Assembly: GCA_040954595.2 (NCBI GenBank)
Contig: CM082593.2
Location: 9,247,200-9,311,199, forward strand
Length of the DNA: 64,000 nt
Origin: Balanoglossus misakiensis
Lineage: Eukaryota; Animalia; Hemichordata
Direction: 5' to 3'
Below the pieces are notes generated by a model. It saw only the letters and a list, made by a program, of their open reading frames with translations, did not search any database and had not been told where the DNA came from. Shown in pieces: positions 1-11,300 of this stretch (position 1 is the first letter of the stretch; the number at the start of each line of letters is the position of its first letter). A program made the position numbers and the translations under genes.

Positions 1-1047
1 GTCTTCATCTTTACTGAATATAGCCTCATGTTTGCGTATAATTTTATACAGCTCTTCATGATCAGCGTCACTGATGTCACCGACATCCATCCTAGAAATG
101 AGGTCGTCTACGATGGGTGTCTTGAAGCCAGTAGTATCTGCTCTGACCTCTACTTCGTTCTCGTTCACAGTGCAAAACCGGATGAGTGGCTGCATCACTG
201 CTGGTTTGATCACGCCAACTGGGGTGCGCGGCGGTAAGTATACATCAGTGTCACTGAAGTTCGCTAACTGTATAGGGACTCTACCGCTACTGTCCACAGA
301 TACATACGCAGCTCCTATGGTTACACCGTTTTGTAGTTCTGCAACACGTGTTACATGTCTCTCAAGCAATCCATGATACGACTGTCCTGCACCAGCTGAC
401 TGTACTGATCCTTCAACGATTCTGATAGATCGAGCAGGAAGTAATACGGGTTTCTTGCCAGCGATGCGGACGGGTCTCACACTTGAACTTGTAGTGGTCA
501 TAACAGTTTCTTTGTGGACTGTTAAGGGCTTACACATTTCCAATGCGTAAAGTAGTTTGAGTTCGTCATGTCGGGCAAGTTTTGACATCTTGTCCATGTA
601 GTTGACTCCATACTTGTCAATAAGTGTCTCTCTCATGTCTCGAAACACGTTGCAACCGATCACACCAGGCATTCTCATCTTGCGTGCCTCGACTGGGGTG
701 TCGATGGGGTCGCGCACAACTAAAAAACCTAAACCTTGAAAAGTGTGGTCGAATACCGTAACAGGAAGTTCGACGTAACCGATGAAGGGAATTTCCAAGC
801 CTTGCGATGCGGAGATCTGGATGAAGGAGGTGACGTCTACCAACTTTCCATCTCGAGCGAGGTGCTCTTTGAAGAAACTTTCGGTCACCGTAGACACTTC
901 AGCGCCTGTGTCAACCAAGCATCCAGCGTCAGCATGTCCTAACTTCACAGCAACTTCAGGACAATCCCCGACAGCTTTACGTATAACTGAGCCTCCATCA
1001 ATCAATGCTTCGCCTACCACGCGGCTCACAGCGGCAGGCGGTCCACG
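1..1047 (-). CDS. pol: Gypsy pol polyprotein N-terminal part (aspartic protease, linker, start of RT), reached by -1 frameshift; partial
   Basis: Manual translation is open from 1047 to base 1: ...GCLVDTGAEVSTVTESFF...PGVIGCNVF...VPIQLANFSDTDVYLPPRTPVG...IIRKHEAIFSKDED. DTG and IG motifs match retropepsins. Missing from the ORF track because it has no stop in the window. Confidence 0.9.
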
Positions 1048-1053
1048 TTTAAA
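1011..1053 (-). promoter_or_regulatory. -1 programmed ribosomal frameshift signal (T TTA AAC plus downstream stem-loop)
   Basis: The heptamer TTTAAAC (1047-1053) is in X XXY YYZ phase with gag. After a 6-nt spacer, CGCCTGCCGC pairs with GTGGTAGGCG (10 bp including G-U pairs). The -1 frame is the protease frame. Confidence 0.85.
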
Positions 1054-2108
1054 GCTTGGGACTTCTTTTCGGGTTTTGGCGGAGTTGTACGTTTGGACGA
1101 ACCACTGGGTGTCTTCCCTATTGGACAGTTTCTCCTCATGTGGTCCGTGGAATTACAATTCCAACAGTGACGTTTTCCGTCTTCAGCAACAGTCTGTCGC
1201 TTCACAGTGGGCGTTGAGGACCTGTCCTGAAGCGTGGAAAGGAGCGTTTCTATCTGCTTCTGTTGGGCAGCAATCTGTTCTCCTTGCTTCAAAACAAGAC
1301 TGTGTATGTCACTCTCTACTGCGGCTTCGCGGAGTATGGCGTCGCGTTTCGGTTTCGGGCATTTTCCCTTTTGTCCCATCAGCCGTATGATCTGGTCTCT
1401 CGCATCGAAAAACGAAAGGGCTGGCTGATCAGCGTTGAGTCTTCGCAACTCCATCTGCATGGACTCCTCACGCACTGCCTCGGCAAGGCGATTCTTCAGC
1501 TGAGTCTCTCGGCCAGGCTTGAATGAGGGGTCCAACTGTATGATGCGGTCATACAAGTTGACCAATTCAAGTGAACACGAAACAATGTCCTCAGCCTCCA
1601 GCTGCTTGTAGGAGTAAAACCGTTGCTGCAACTGTGGCAAATTGTCACCATCACCAAACACTCTGGACAGGACAGTGAAGATTTCTTGTGGGCTGGAAGT
1701 GACGTTTTCTCCCCTTCCAAGAATTTCACGGCGTGCCCTGCCAGCGAGGTGCTCTACGATGAATGCGGCTTGTTCGCTTTCTGCCAAATTCCTGGATAAC
1801 ATGATCGCTTTGGCATCTTCGATCCAATCATCGACAGAAAGTTCTGTAGAAGTCTCTGGTTTCCCTTTAAACCTATCGAGTTTCCTACCTGGCGCCATGT
1901 ACACCATTTTGCCTTGTGTACCACCGGCATCATTACTGTTTGTACTGTTGCTCACCCTGTCCTTGTCAATCATTCTCTTTATCTCAACCTCGGCAGCTTT
2001 CGCATCAGCTGTGGCTGCATCTGCCTCTTCGACTTTGCGATGAAAGGCTATTTTCAAACTGTTCAACTCCTGCTTCAAACGTTCGATCTGTTCCTCATCG
2101 GCAGACAT
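1026..2108 (-). CDS. gag: Gypsy Gag (capsid plus CCHC zinc knuckle), 360 aa
   Basis: Intact ORF with an N-terminal coiled coil, a KLDRFKG...VDDWIE...HLAGRARREI capsid-like segment and a CWNCNSTDHMRRNC knuckle. Confidence 0.93.
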   Translation of the reverse strand: MSADEEQIERLKQELNSLKIAFHRKVEEADAATADAKAAEVEIKRMIDKDRVSNSTNSNDAGGTQGKMVYMAPGRKLDRFKGKPETSTELSVDDWIEDAKAIMLSRNLAESEQAAFIVEHLAGRARREILGRGENVTSSPQEIFTVLSRVFGDGDNLPQLQQRFYSYKQLEAEDIVSCSLELVNLYDRIIQLDPSFKPGRETQLKNRLAEAVREESMQMELRRLNADQPALSFFDARDQIIRLMGQKGKCPKPKRDAILREAAVESDIHSLVLKQGEQIAAQQKQIETLLSTLQDRSSTPTVKRQTVAEDGKRHCWNCNSTDHMRRNCPIGKTPSGSSKRTTPPKPEKKSQALNVDRLPL

Positions 2109-2657
2109 GGTATATATGTGTCAACAGTAACACACGGGTTCAGGGTAATGCAATACAGTGGCAGTCAAACACAGTGGCAAGATGTGTTGGCATCAAATAC
2201 TATGAAATGTTATGAGCGTGTGCACTGATATAGTGTGCAACTCTATCAAGTGTTTTTTCGATAGTCAGTATCAATAATAAGTGTCAATGATAAGTTCATA
2301 TAACTGCAGCAATACACATGTACAGCTATATCAGCACGAGGCAGTGCAGCCTTAATGCTATGTGTCAAAATGAAGCCTGTACAGCTTTAATGTACAGCAG
2401 GCAGTGTCAATAAAAAATGTTCAAACAAAAGTCTTGAGCCAGTTCGAATGACAATCTGTACCGCAGTGCCTGGACGTCCACGTCGAATGGTGCGTCTGCT
2501 GCTGCAATTGTCTTGGTACCGGTGCGTCAAGATCACCAATCAGCTATAATCTACCTTAGCACGATATCGGCGTAATAATACGCATTCACAGTCAGGGTAA
2601 TTACAAGTCTGTCCAGCGCTGTCGTCTGCTGTGGAGATGATGCAGAGAATCTTCGGA

Positions 2658-2676
2658 AATCCTGCCGACTACGCCA
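2658..2676 (-). promoter_or_regulatory. Primer binding site complementary to tRNA-Ser 3' end
   Basis: Minus strand reads TGGCGTAGTCGGCAGGATT, 2 nt after the LTR end. It is the complement of the animal tRNA-Ser 3' end AATCCTGCCGACTACG-CCA. Confidence 0.9.
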
Positions 2677-2678
2677 AA

Positions 2679-3709
2679 TGTAACGCAGATATATTGGACA
2701 CGGACACAGCTGGATCCAATGCACGTTCTTTTTATTTCCGACTCCGCAGGGGGAATAGACACAAGCGTTGGATTGTTTACACTATGGGTTTTTAAGAAAG
2801 ACAAAAACACCTGAAGCAAAACAGAAGGAAAATCTGTATCAAAACCACTGTATCACAGAGCAGCATGTAGAGCGTGGCTTATTGTGAAACACTAACACAC
2901 TGTGATATCAAGTCTCATAAATGGGAAATTACAATACAAGTCAAACATCAAGGAGATGCACTTTCCGGACAGGGAATGGGCAGGGCGCCCTCATGAGTCA
3001 GGTAGCGGTATATGACAATGCATAATAAACCCATGTATAAGCATACAGAAATCGTTTCCACTGTAAAATACTTCAAATACAATCATGAAAATACATTTCA
3101 CTGAAAGACAAACTCACCCCGACTGTGATAGGTAAGTCTTCAGAATAACAGCAACTCGTCTGAATCAACCATCTATCTCACCTAAGATCGTACAGTAAAT
3201 GCAGTGTAAAGCACGGACACTTGCAATGACAGTACAAACTGCATAGCGTTTGTATAGAACTTTAACTCTATCAAAAACGATATAAACTCAGAACTGTGAA
3301 TACTCTGAATTCATCAAGAGTGTCTCGAATCGATCAATAACGGTAAACAGCGAAATCGTCTCAAACATTAAACTGGGAAAGTTTGAATGTTTCATAATCG
3401 GCGATCATAGAAATGCACATCGTCTATGGACGCTATGTATAAGAATAGAGGAAAATTCAACAGTGTACAGAAAACTGTTAATAACTCTGGAAATCATCGG
3501 AGATAACTCACAAAAGGTATATCAGACTCAAGATAAACATCTTACCAATGATATCTGCTATTTGATTAAACTCTGATGGCATCTGACCACGGTGGATGGC
3601 TCAGATAGGAAAGTAAAAGATGGAGCTTCAACTCCAATAGAAATCAAAATGGCGGCTGAACACATGGAAAACAAATGCGCATGCGCGTGTATGTTTTGCA
3701 CACGTCACA
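2679..3709 (-). repeat. 5' LTR, 1031 bp
   Basis: Minus strand begins TGTGACG and ends CGTTACA, directly followed by the PBS. AATAAA lies near 2731-2737, with NRF1-like TGCGCATGCGC (~3676) and YY1-like AAAATGGCGG (~3646). Confidence 0.88.
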
Positions 3710-4657
3710 TTTGCATCAGGGTAAATGGCGAGGCAAGGTTGATTATGCATCAGGGTAGATAGTGATGCAAGCTCTGCACTTTGACATGGGTATAAAATGC
3801 CTACAGGGGGATTTAAGGTTGTCTGTAAATCCCTGGGTTAATACGTGGCGGAAAGCACTGTACTTTGACATTGCATATGCAATGGTGACATTGAATGCGA
3901 TTCTTTGCATTAGGGCAAATGGCGAAGCAAGCTCAATGATGCATCAGAGTAGATGGTGATGCAAACTCTGCACTTTCACATGGGTATTTAATGTTAAATG
4001 TAAATCCATAGGTTAATACGTGGCCAAAAGCACTCTAATTTGACATTGCTAATGCAACGATGACATTGAATCTGATTCTTTGCATCTGGGCAAATGGCGA
4101 AGCAAGGTTGATGATGCATCAGGGTAGATAGTTATGCAATCACTTCACTTTGACATGGGTATTAAATGCATATGGGGATTTCAAGTTGATGATAAATCCC
4201 TGGGTTAATACGTGTCCAAAAGTACTGTACTTTGACATTGCTAATGCAACGATGACATTGAATCTGATTCTTTGCATCAGGGCAAATGGCGAAGCAAGGT
4301 TGATGATGCATCAGGGTAGACAGTGATGCAATCACTTCACTTTGACATGGGTATTAAATGCATATGGGGATTTCAAGTTGATGATAAATCCCTGGGTTAA
4401 TACGTGTCCAAAAGCACTGTACTTTGACATTGCTAATGTAACGATGACATTGAATCTGATTCTTTGCATCAGGGTAAATGGCAAAGCAAGGTTGATGATG
4501 CATCAGGGTAGATAGTGATGCAAGCTCTGCACTTTGACATGGGTATAAAATGCCTACAGGGGGATTTAAAGTTGTCTGTAAATCCCTGGGTTAATACGTG
4601 GCTGAAAGCACTGTACTTTGACATTGCATATGCAATGGTGACATTGAATGGGATTCT

Positions 4658-5307
4658 TTGCATGAGAAGCTGAGATTTTGAACTTTTGTTTGAGTTGCAA
4701 ATATTATTGATCCCCGGAAATGGTGGCGATTTTGGGTGAAAAAAAACATTTTTTGATATTATGTCATGAAATTTAAAATAGGTAAAAAAGTTGACCATGC
4801 ATCATGCATCTTAATATGTCATTCGAAACTAAAGTACACATGCAAAAAAACGCTAATTTTGTTTTGCGTTATCTGCTTCCATTGAGGAGTAACAGCGTTT
4901 GAAAGTTAGATTTTCTGAAAATTTGATCAAATTCACGGTGAGTTGTATTGAATCAGAGTTTATTCCCGCCAGGGACACTTTATCGACAAACAAAACTAGC
5001 GTTTTGTTGGATGGGTCATACACAATTCCCCGTCAAAATTTGAGCAAATTCGGCCAATGCAGGGCGAAGCTATTTTAGTCCGAAGTTGTCAAAAGCAGCG
5101 AAAATGCAAACCGAGAAAAACGGCCATTTGCATTGTTGACACCTATTTGTTAAGCTGTGAACTCATTCAGAAAAGTGGTATTTGGGGGTGATTGTGCACC
5201 ATTTCCGCCAAGACGTATTAGTCAGGATGTGGGTGAGTATTAGGCCTACCGATTTATGTAAAAAAGTAAAATTTGGCAAAAATCACAACTTTTCATGCAA
5301 TGCCACC
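4658..5307. mobile_element. Non-autonomous TTAA-targeting TIR element (Kolobok-like MITE), left tip deleted; copy 1
   Basis: Non-satellite ~650 bp. The right end ...TCATGCAATGCCACC|TTAA sits at the satellite TTAA. The left end TTGCATGAGAAGCTGAGATTTT matches the inverted right end TTGCATGAAAAGTTGTGATTTT but lacks the terminal GGTGGCA. Confidence 0.75.
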
Positions 5308-8300
5308 TTAATGTTAAATGTAAATCCATAGGTTAATACGTGGCCAAAAGCACTCTAATTTGACATTGCTAATGCAACGATGACATTGAATCTGATTCTT
5401 TGCATCAGGGCAAATGGCGAAGCAAGGTTGATGATGCATCAGGATAGATAGTGATGCAATCACTTCACTTTGACATGGGTATTAAATGCATATGGGGATT
5501 TCAAGTTGATGATAAATCCCTGGGTTAATACGTGTCCAAAAGCACTGTACTTTGACATTGCTAATGTAACGATGACATTGAATCTGATTCTTTGCATCAG
5601 GGTAAATGGCGTAGCAAGCTTTATGATGCATCAGGGTAGATAGTGAAGCAAACACTTCACTTTGACATGGGTATTAAATGCATATGGGGATTTCAGGTTG
5701 TTGAAAAATCTGTGGGTTAATACGTGTCCAAAAGCATTGTACTTTGACATTGCTAATGCAATGATGACATTGAATCTGATTCTTTGCATCAGGGTAAATG
5801 GCGTAGTAAGCTTTATGATGCATCAGGGTAGATAGTGATGCAAGCTGTGCACTTTGACATGGGTATAAAATGCCTACAGGGGGATTTAAAGTTGTCTGTA
5901 AATCCCTGGGTTAATACGTGGCGGAAAGCACTGTACTTTGACATTGCATATGCAATGGTGACATTGAATGGGATTCTTTGCATTAGGGCAAATGGCGAAG
6001 CAAGCTAAATGATGCATCAGAGTAGATGGTGACGAAACTCTGCACTTTCACATGGGTATTTAATGTTAAATGTAAATCCATAGGTTAATACTTGGCCAAA
6101 AGCACTCTAATTTGACATTGCTAATGCAACGATCACATTGAATCTGATTCTTTGCATCAGGGCAAATGGCGAAGCAAGGTTGATGATGCATCAGGGTAGA
6201 TAGTGATGCAATCACTTCACTTTGACATGGGTATTAAATGAATATGGGGATTTCAAGTTGATGATAAATCCCTGGGTTAATACGTGTCCAAAAGCACTGT
6301 ACTTTGACATTGCTAATGTAACGATGACATTGAATCTGATTCTTTGCATCAGGGCAAATGGCGAAGCAAGGTTGATGATGCATCAGGATAGATAGTGATG
6401 CAATCACTTCACTTTGACATGGGTATTAAATGCATATGGGGATTTCAAGTTGATGATAAATCCCTGGGTTAATACGTGTCCAAAAGCACTGTACTTTGAC
6501 ATTGCTAATGTAACGATGACATTGAATCTGATTCTTTGCATCAGGGTAAATGGCGTAGCAAGCTTTATGATGCATCAGGGTAGATAGTGATGCAAACACT
6601 TCACTTTGACATGGGTATTAAATGCATATGGGGATTTCAGGTTGTTGAAAATTCTGTGGGTTAATACGTGTCCAAAAGCATTGTACTTTGACATTGCTAA
6701 TGCAATGATGACATTGAATCTGATTCTTTGCATCAGGGTAAATGGCGTAGTAAGCTTTATGATGCATCAGGGTAGATAGTGATGCAAGCTCTGCACTTTG
6801 ACATGGGTATAAAATGCCTACAGGGGGATTTAAAGTTGTCTGTAAATCCCTGGGTTAATACGTGGCGGAAAGCACTGTACTGTGACATTGCATATGCAAT
6901 GGTGACATTGAATGGGATTCTTTGCATTAGGGCAAATGGCGAAGCAAGCTCAATGATGCATCAGAGTAGATGGTGATGCAAACTCTGCACTTTCACATGG
7001 GTATTTAATGTTAAATGTAAATCCATAGGTTAATACGTGGCCAAAAGCACTCTAATTTGACATTGCTAATGCCACGATCACATTGAATCTGATTCTTTGC
7101 ATCAGGGCAAATGGCGAAGCAAGGTTGATGATGCATCAGGGTAGATAGTGATGCAATCACTTCACTTTGACATGGGTATTAAATGAATATGGGGATTTCA
7201 AGTTGATGATAAATCCCTGGGTTAATACGTGTCCAAAAGCACTGTACTTTGATATTGCTAATGTAACGATGACATTGAATCTGATTCTTTGCATCAGGGT
7301 AAATGGCGTAGCAAGCTTTATGATGCATCAGGGTAGATAGTGATGCAAACACTTCACTTTCACATGGGTATTAAATGCATATGGGGATTTCAGGTTGTTG
7401 AAAAATCTGTGGGTTAATACGTGGCGGAAAGCACTGTACTTCGATATTGCATATGCAATGGTGACATTGAATGGGATTGTTTGCATTAGGGCAAATGGCG
7501 AAGCAAGCTCAATGATGCATCAGAGTAGATGGTGATGCAAACTCTGCACTTTCACATGGGTATTTAATGTTAAATGTAAATCCATAGGTTAATACGTGGC
7601 CAAAAGCACTCTAATTTGACATTGCTAATGCAACGATCACATTGAATCTGATTCTTTGCATCAGGGCAAATGGCGAAGCAAGGTTGATGATGCATCAGGG
7701 TAGATAGTGATGCAATCACTTCACTTTGACATGGGTATTAAATGCATATGGGGATTTCAAGTTGATGATAAATCCCTGGGTTAATACGTGTCCAAAAGCA
7801 CTGTACTTTGACATTGCTAATGTAACGATGACATTGAATCTGATTCTTTGCATCAGGGTAAATGGCGTAGCAAGCTTTATGATGCATCAGGGTAGATAGT
7901 GATGCAAACACTTCACTTTGACATGGGTATTAAATGCATATGGGGATTTCAAGTTGATGAAAAATCAGTGGGTCAATACGTGTCCAAAAGCACTGTACTT
8001 TGACATTGCTAATGCAATGATGACATTGAATCTGTTTCTTTGCATCAGGGTAAATGGCGTAGCAAGCTTTATGATGCATCAGGGTAGATAGTGATGCAAA
8101 CACTTCACTTTGACATGGGTATAAAATGCCTACAGGGGGATTTAAAGTTGTCTGTAAATCCCTGGGTTAATACGTGTCCAAAAGCACTGTACTTTGACAT
8201 TGCTAATGCAACGATGACATTGAATCTGATTCTTTGCATCAGGGTAAATGGTGAAGCAAGGTTGATGATGCATCAGGGTAGATAGTGATGCAAGCTCTGC

Positions 8301-11300
8301 ACTTTGACATGGGTATAAAATGCCTACAGGGGGATTTAAAGTTGTCTGTAAATCCCTGGGTTAATACGTGGCGGAAAGCACTGTACTTTGACATTGCATA
8401 TGCAATGGTGACATTGAATGGGATTCTTTGCATTAGGGCAAATGGCGAAGCAAGCTCAATGATGCATCAGAGTAGATGGTGATGCAAACTCTGCACTTTC
8501 ACATGGGTATTTAATGTTAAATGTAAATCCATAGGTTAATACGTGGCCAAAAGCACTCTAATTTGACATTGCTAATGGAACGATGACATTGAATCTGATT
8601 CTTTGCATCTGGGCAAATGGCGAAGCAAGGTTGATGATGCATCAGGGTAGATAGTTATGCAATCACTTCACTTTGACATGGGTATTAAATGCATATGGGG
8701 ATTTCAAGTTGATGATAAATCCCTGGGTTAATACGTGTCCAAAAGTACTGTACTTTGACATTGCTAATGTAACGATGACATTGAATCTGATTCTTTGCAT
8801 CAGGGCAAATGGCGAAGCAAGGTTGATGATGCATCAGGGTAGACAGTGATGCAATCACTTCACTTTGACATGGGTATTAAATGCATATGGGGATTTCAAG
8901 TTGATGATAAATCCCTGGGTTAATACGTGTCCAAAAGCACTGTACTTTGACATTGCTAATGTAACGATGACATTGAATATGATTCTTTGCATCAGGGTAA
9001 ATGGCGTAGCAAGCTTTATGATGCATCAGGGTAGATAGTGATACAAACACTTCACTTTGACATGGGTATTAAATGCATATGGGGATTTCAGGTTGTTGAA
9101 AAATCTGTGGGTTAATACGTGTCGAAAAGCACTGTACTTTGACATTGCTAATGCAATGATGACATTGAATCTGATTCTTTGCATCAGGGTAAATGGCATA
9201 GCAAGCTTTATGATGCATCAGGGTAGATAGTGATGCAAACACTTCACTTTGACATGGGTATAAAATGCCTACAGGGGGATTTAAAGTTGTCTGTAAATCC
9301 CTGGGTTAATACGTGTCCAAAAGCACTGTACTTTGACATTGCTAATGCAACGATGACATTGAATCTGATTCTTTGCATCAGGGTAAATGGCGAAGCAAGG
9401 TTGATGATGCATCAGGGTAGATAGTGATGCAAGCTCTGCACTTTGACATGGGTATAAAATGCCTACTGGGGGATTTAAAGTTGTCTGTAAATCCCTGGGT
9501 TAATACGTGGCGGAAAGCACTGTACTTTGACATTGCATATGCAATGGTGACATTGAATGGGATTCTTTGCATTAGGGCAAATGGCGAAGCAAGCTCAATG
9601 ATGCATCAGAGTAGATGGTGATGCAAACTCTGCACTTTCACATGGGTATTTAATGTTAAATGTAAATCCATAGGTTAATACGTGGCCAAAAGCACTCTAA
9701 TTTGACATTGCTAATGCAACGATGACATTGAATCTGATTCTTTGCATCAGGGCAAATGGCGAAGCAAGGTTGATGATGCATCAGGATAGATAGTGATGCA
9801 ATCACTTCACTTTGACATGGGTTTTAAATGCATATGGGGATTTCAAGTTGATGATAAATCCCTGGGTTAATACGTGTCCAAAAGCACTGTACTTTGACAT
9901 TGCTAATGTAACGATGACATTGAATCTGATTCTTTGCATCAGGGTAAATGGCGTAGCAAGCTTTATGATGCATCAGGGTAGATAGTGATGCAAACACTTC
10001 ACTTTGACATGGGTATTAAATGCATATGGGGATTTCAGGTTGTTGAAAATTCTGTGGGTTAAAACGTGTCCAAAAGCATTGTACTTTGACATTGCTAATG
10101 CAATGATGACATTGAATCTGATTCTTTGCATCAGGGTAAATGGCGTAGTAAGCTTTATGATGCATCAGGGTAGATAGTGATGCAAGCTCTGCACTTTGAC
10201 ATGGGTATAAAATGCCTACAGGGGGATTTAAAGTTGTCTGTAAATCCCTAGGTTAATACCTGGCGGAAAGCACTGTACTTTGACATTGCATATGCAATGG
10301 TGACATTGAATGGGATTCTTTGCATTAGGGCAAATGGCAAAGCAAGCTCAATGATGCATCAGAGTAGATGGTGATGCAAACTCTGCACTTTCACATGGGT
10401 ATTTAATGTTAAATGTAAATCCATAGGTTAATACGTGGCCAAAAGCACTCTAATTTGACATTGCTAATGCAACGATGACATTGAATCTGATTCTTTGCAT
10501 CAGGGCAAATGGCGAAGCAAGGTTGATGATGCATCAGGATAGATAGTGATGCAATCACTTCACTTTGACATGGGTTTTAAATGCATATGGGGATTTCAAG
10601 TTGATGATAAATCCCTGGGTTAATACGTGTCCAAAAGCACTGTACTTTGACATTGCTAATGTAACGATGACATTGAATCTGATTCTTTGCATCAGGGTAA
10701 ATGGCGTAGCAAGCTTTATGATGCATCAGGGTAGATAGTGATGCAAACACTTCACTTTGACATGGGTATTAAATGCATATGGGGATTTCAGGTTGTTGAA
10801 AATTCTGTGGGTTAAAACGTGTCCAAAAGCATTGTACTTTGACATTGCTAATGCAATGATGACATTGAATCTGATTCTTTGCATCAGGGTAAATGGCGTA
10901 GTAAGCTTTATGATGCATCAGGGTAGATAGTGATGCAAGCTCTGCACTTTGACATGGGTATAAAATGCCTACAGGGGGATTTAAAGTTGTCTGTAAATCC
11001 CTGGGTTAATCCGTGGCGGAAAGCACTGTACTTTGACATTGCATATGCAATGGTGACATTGAATGGGATTCTTTGCATTAGGGCAAATGGCGAAGCAAGC
11101 TCAATGATGCATCAGAGTAGATGGTGATGCAAACTCTGCACTTTCACATGGGTATTTATTAAATGTAAATCCATAGGTTAATACGTGGCCAAAAGCACTC
11201 TAATTTGACATTGCTAATGCAACGATCACATTGAATCTGATTCTTTGCATCAGGGCAAATGGCGAAGCAAGGTTGATGATGCATCAGGGTAGATAGTGAT

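Larger units (their letters stand above)
1..3709 (-). mobile_element. Ty3/Gypsy LTR retrotransposon, 5' portion (continues beyond window start)
   Basis: The minus strand carries, in order, an LTR, a PBS, gag with a CCHC knuckle and an open protease-pol frame. The outer LTR end abuts satellite sequence at 3710. Confidence 0.95.

Noticed and set aside
782-2043. Plus-strand ORFs of 133-202 aa
   Set aside because: They are antisense shadows of gag-pol with no recognisable motifs.
2658-2676. tRNA-Ser gene
   Set aside because: Only the 3' 19 nt including CCA are present, beside an LTR. This is a primer binding site.
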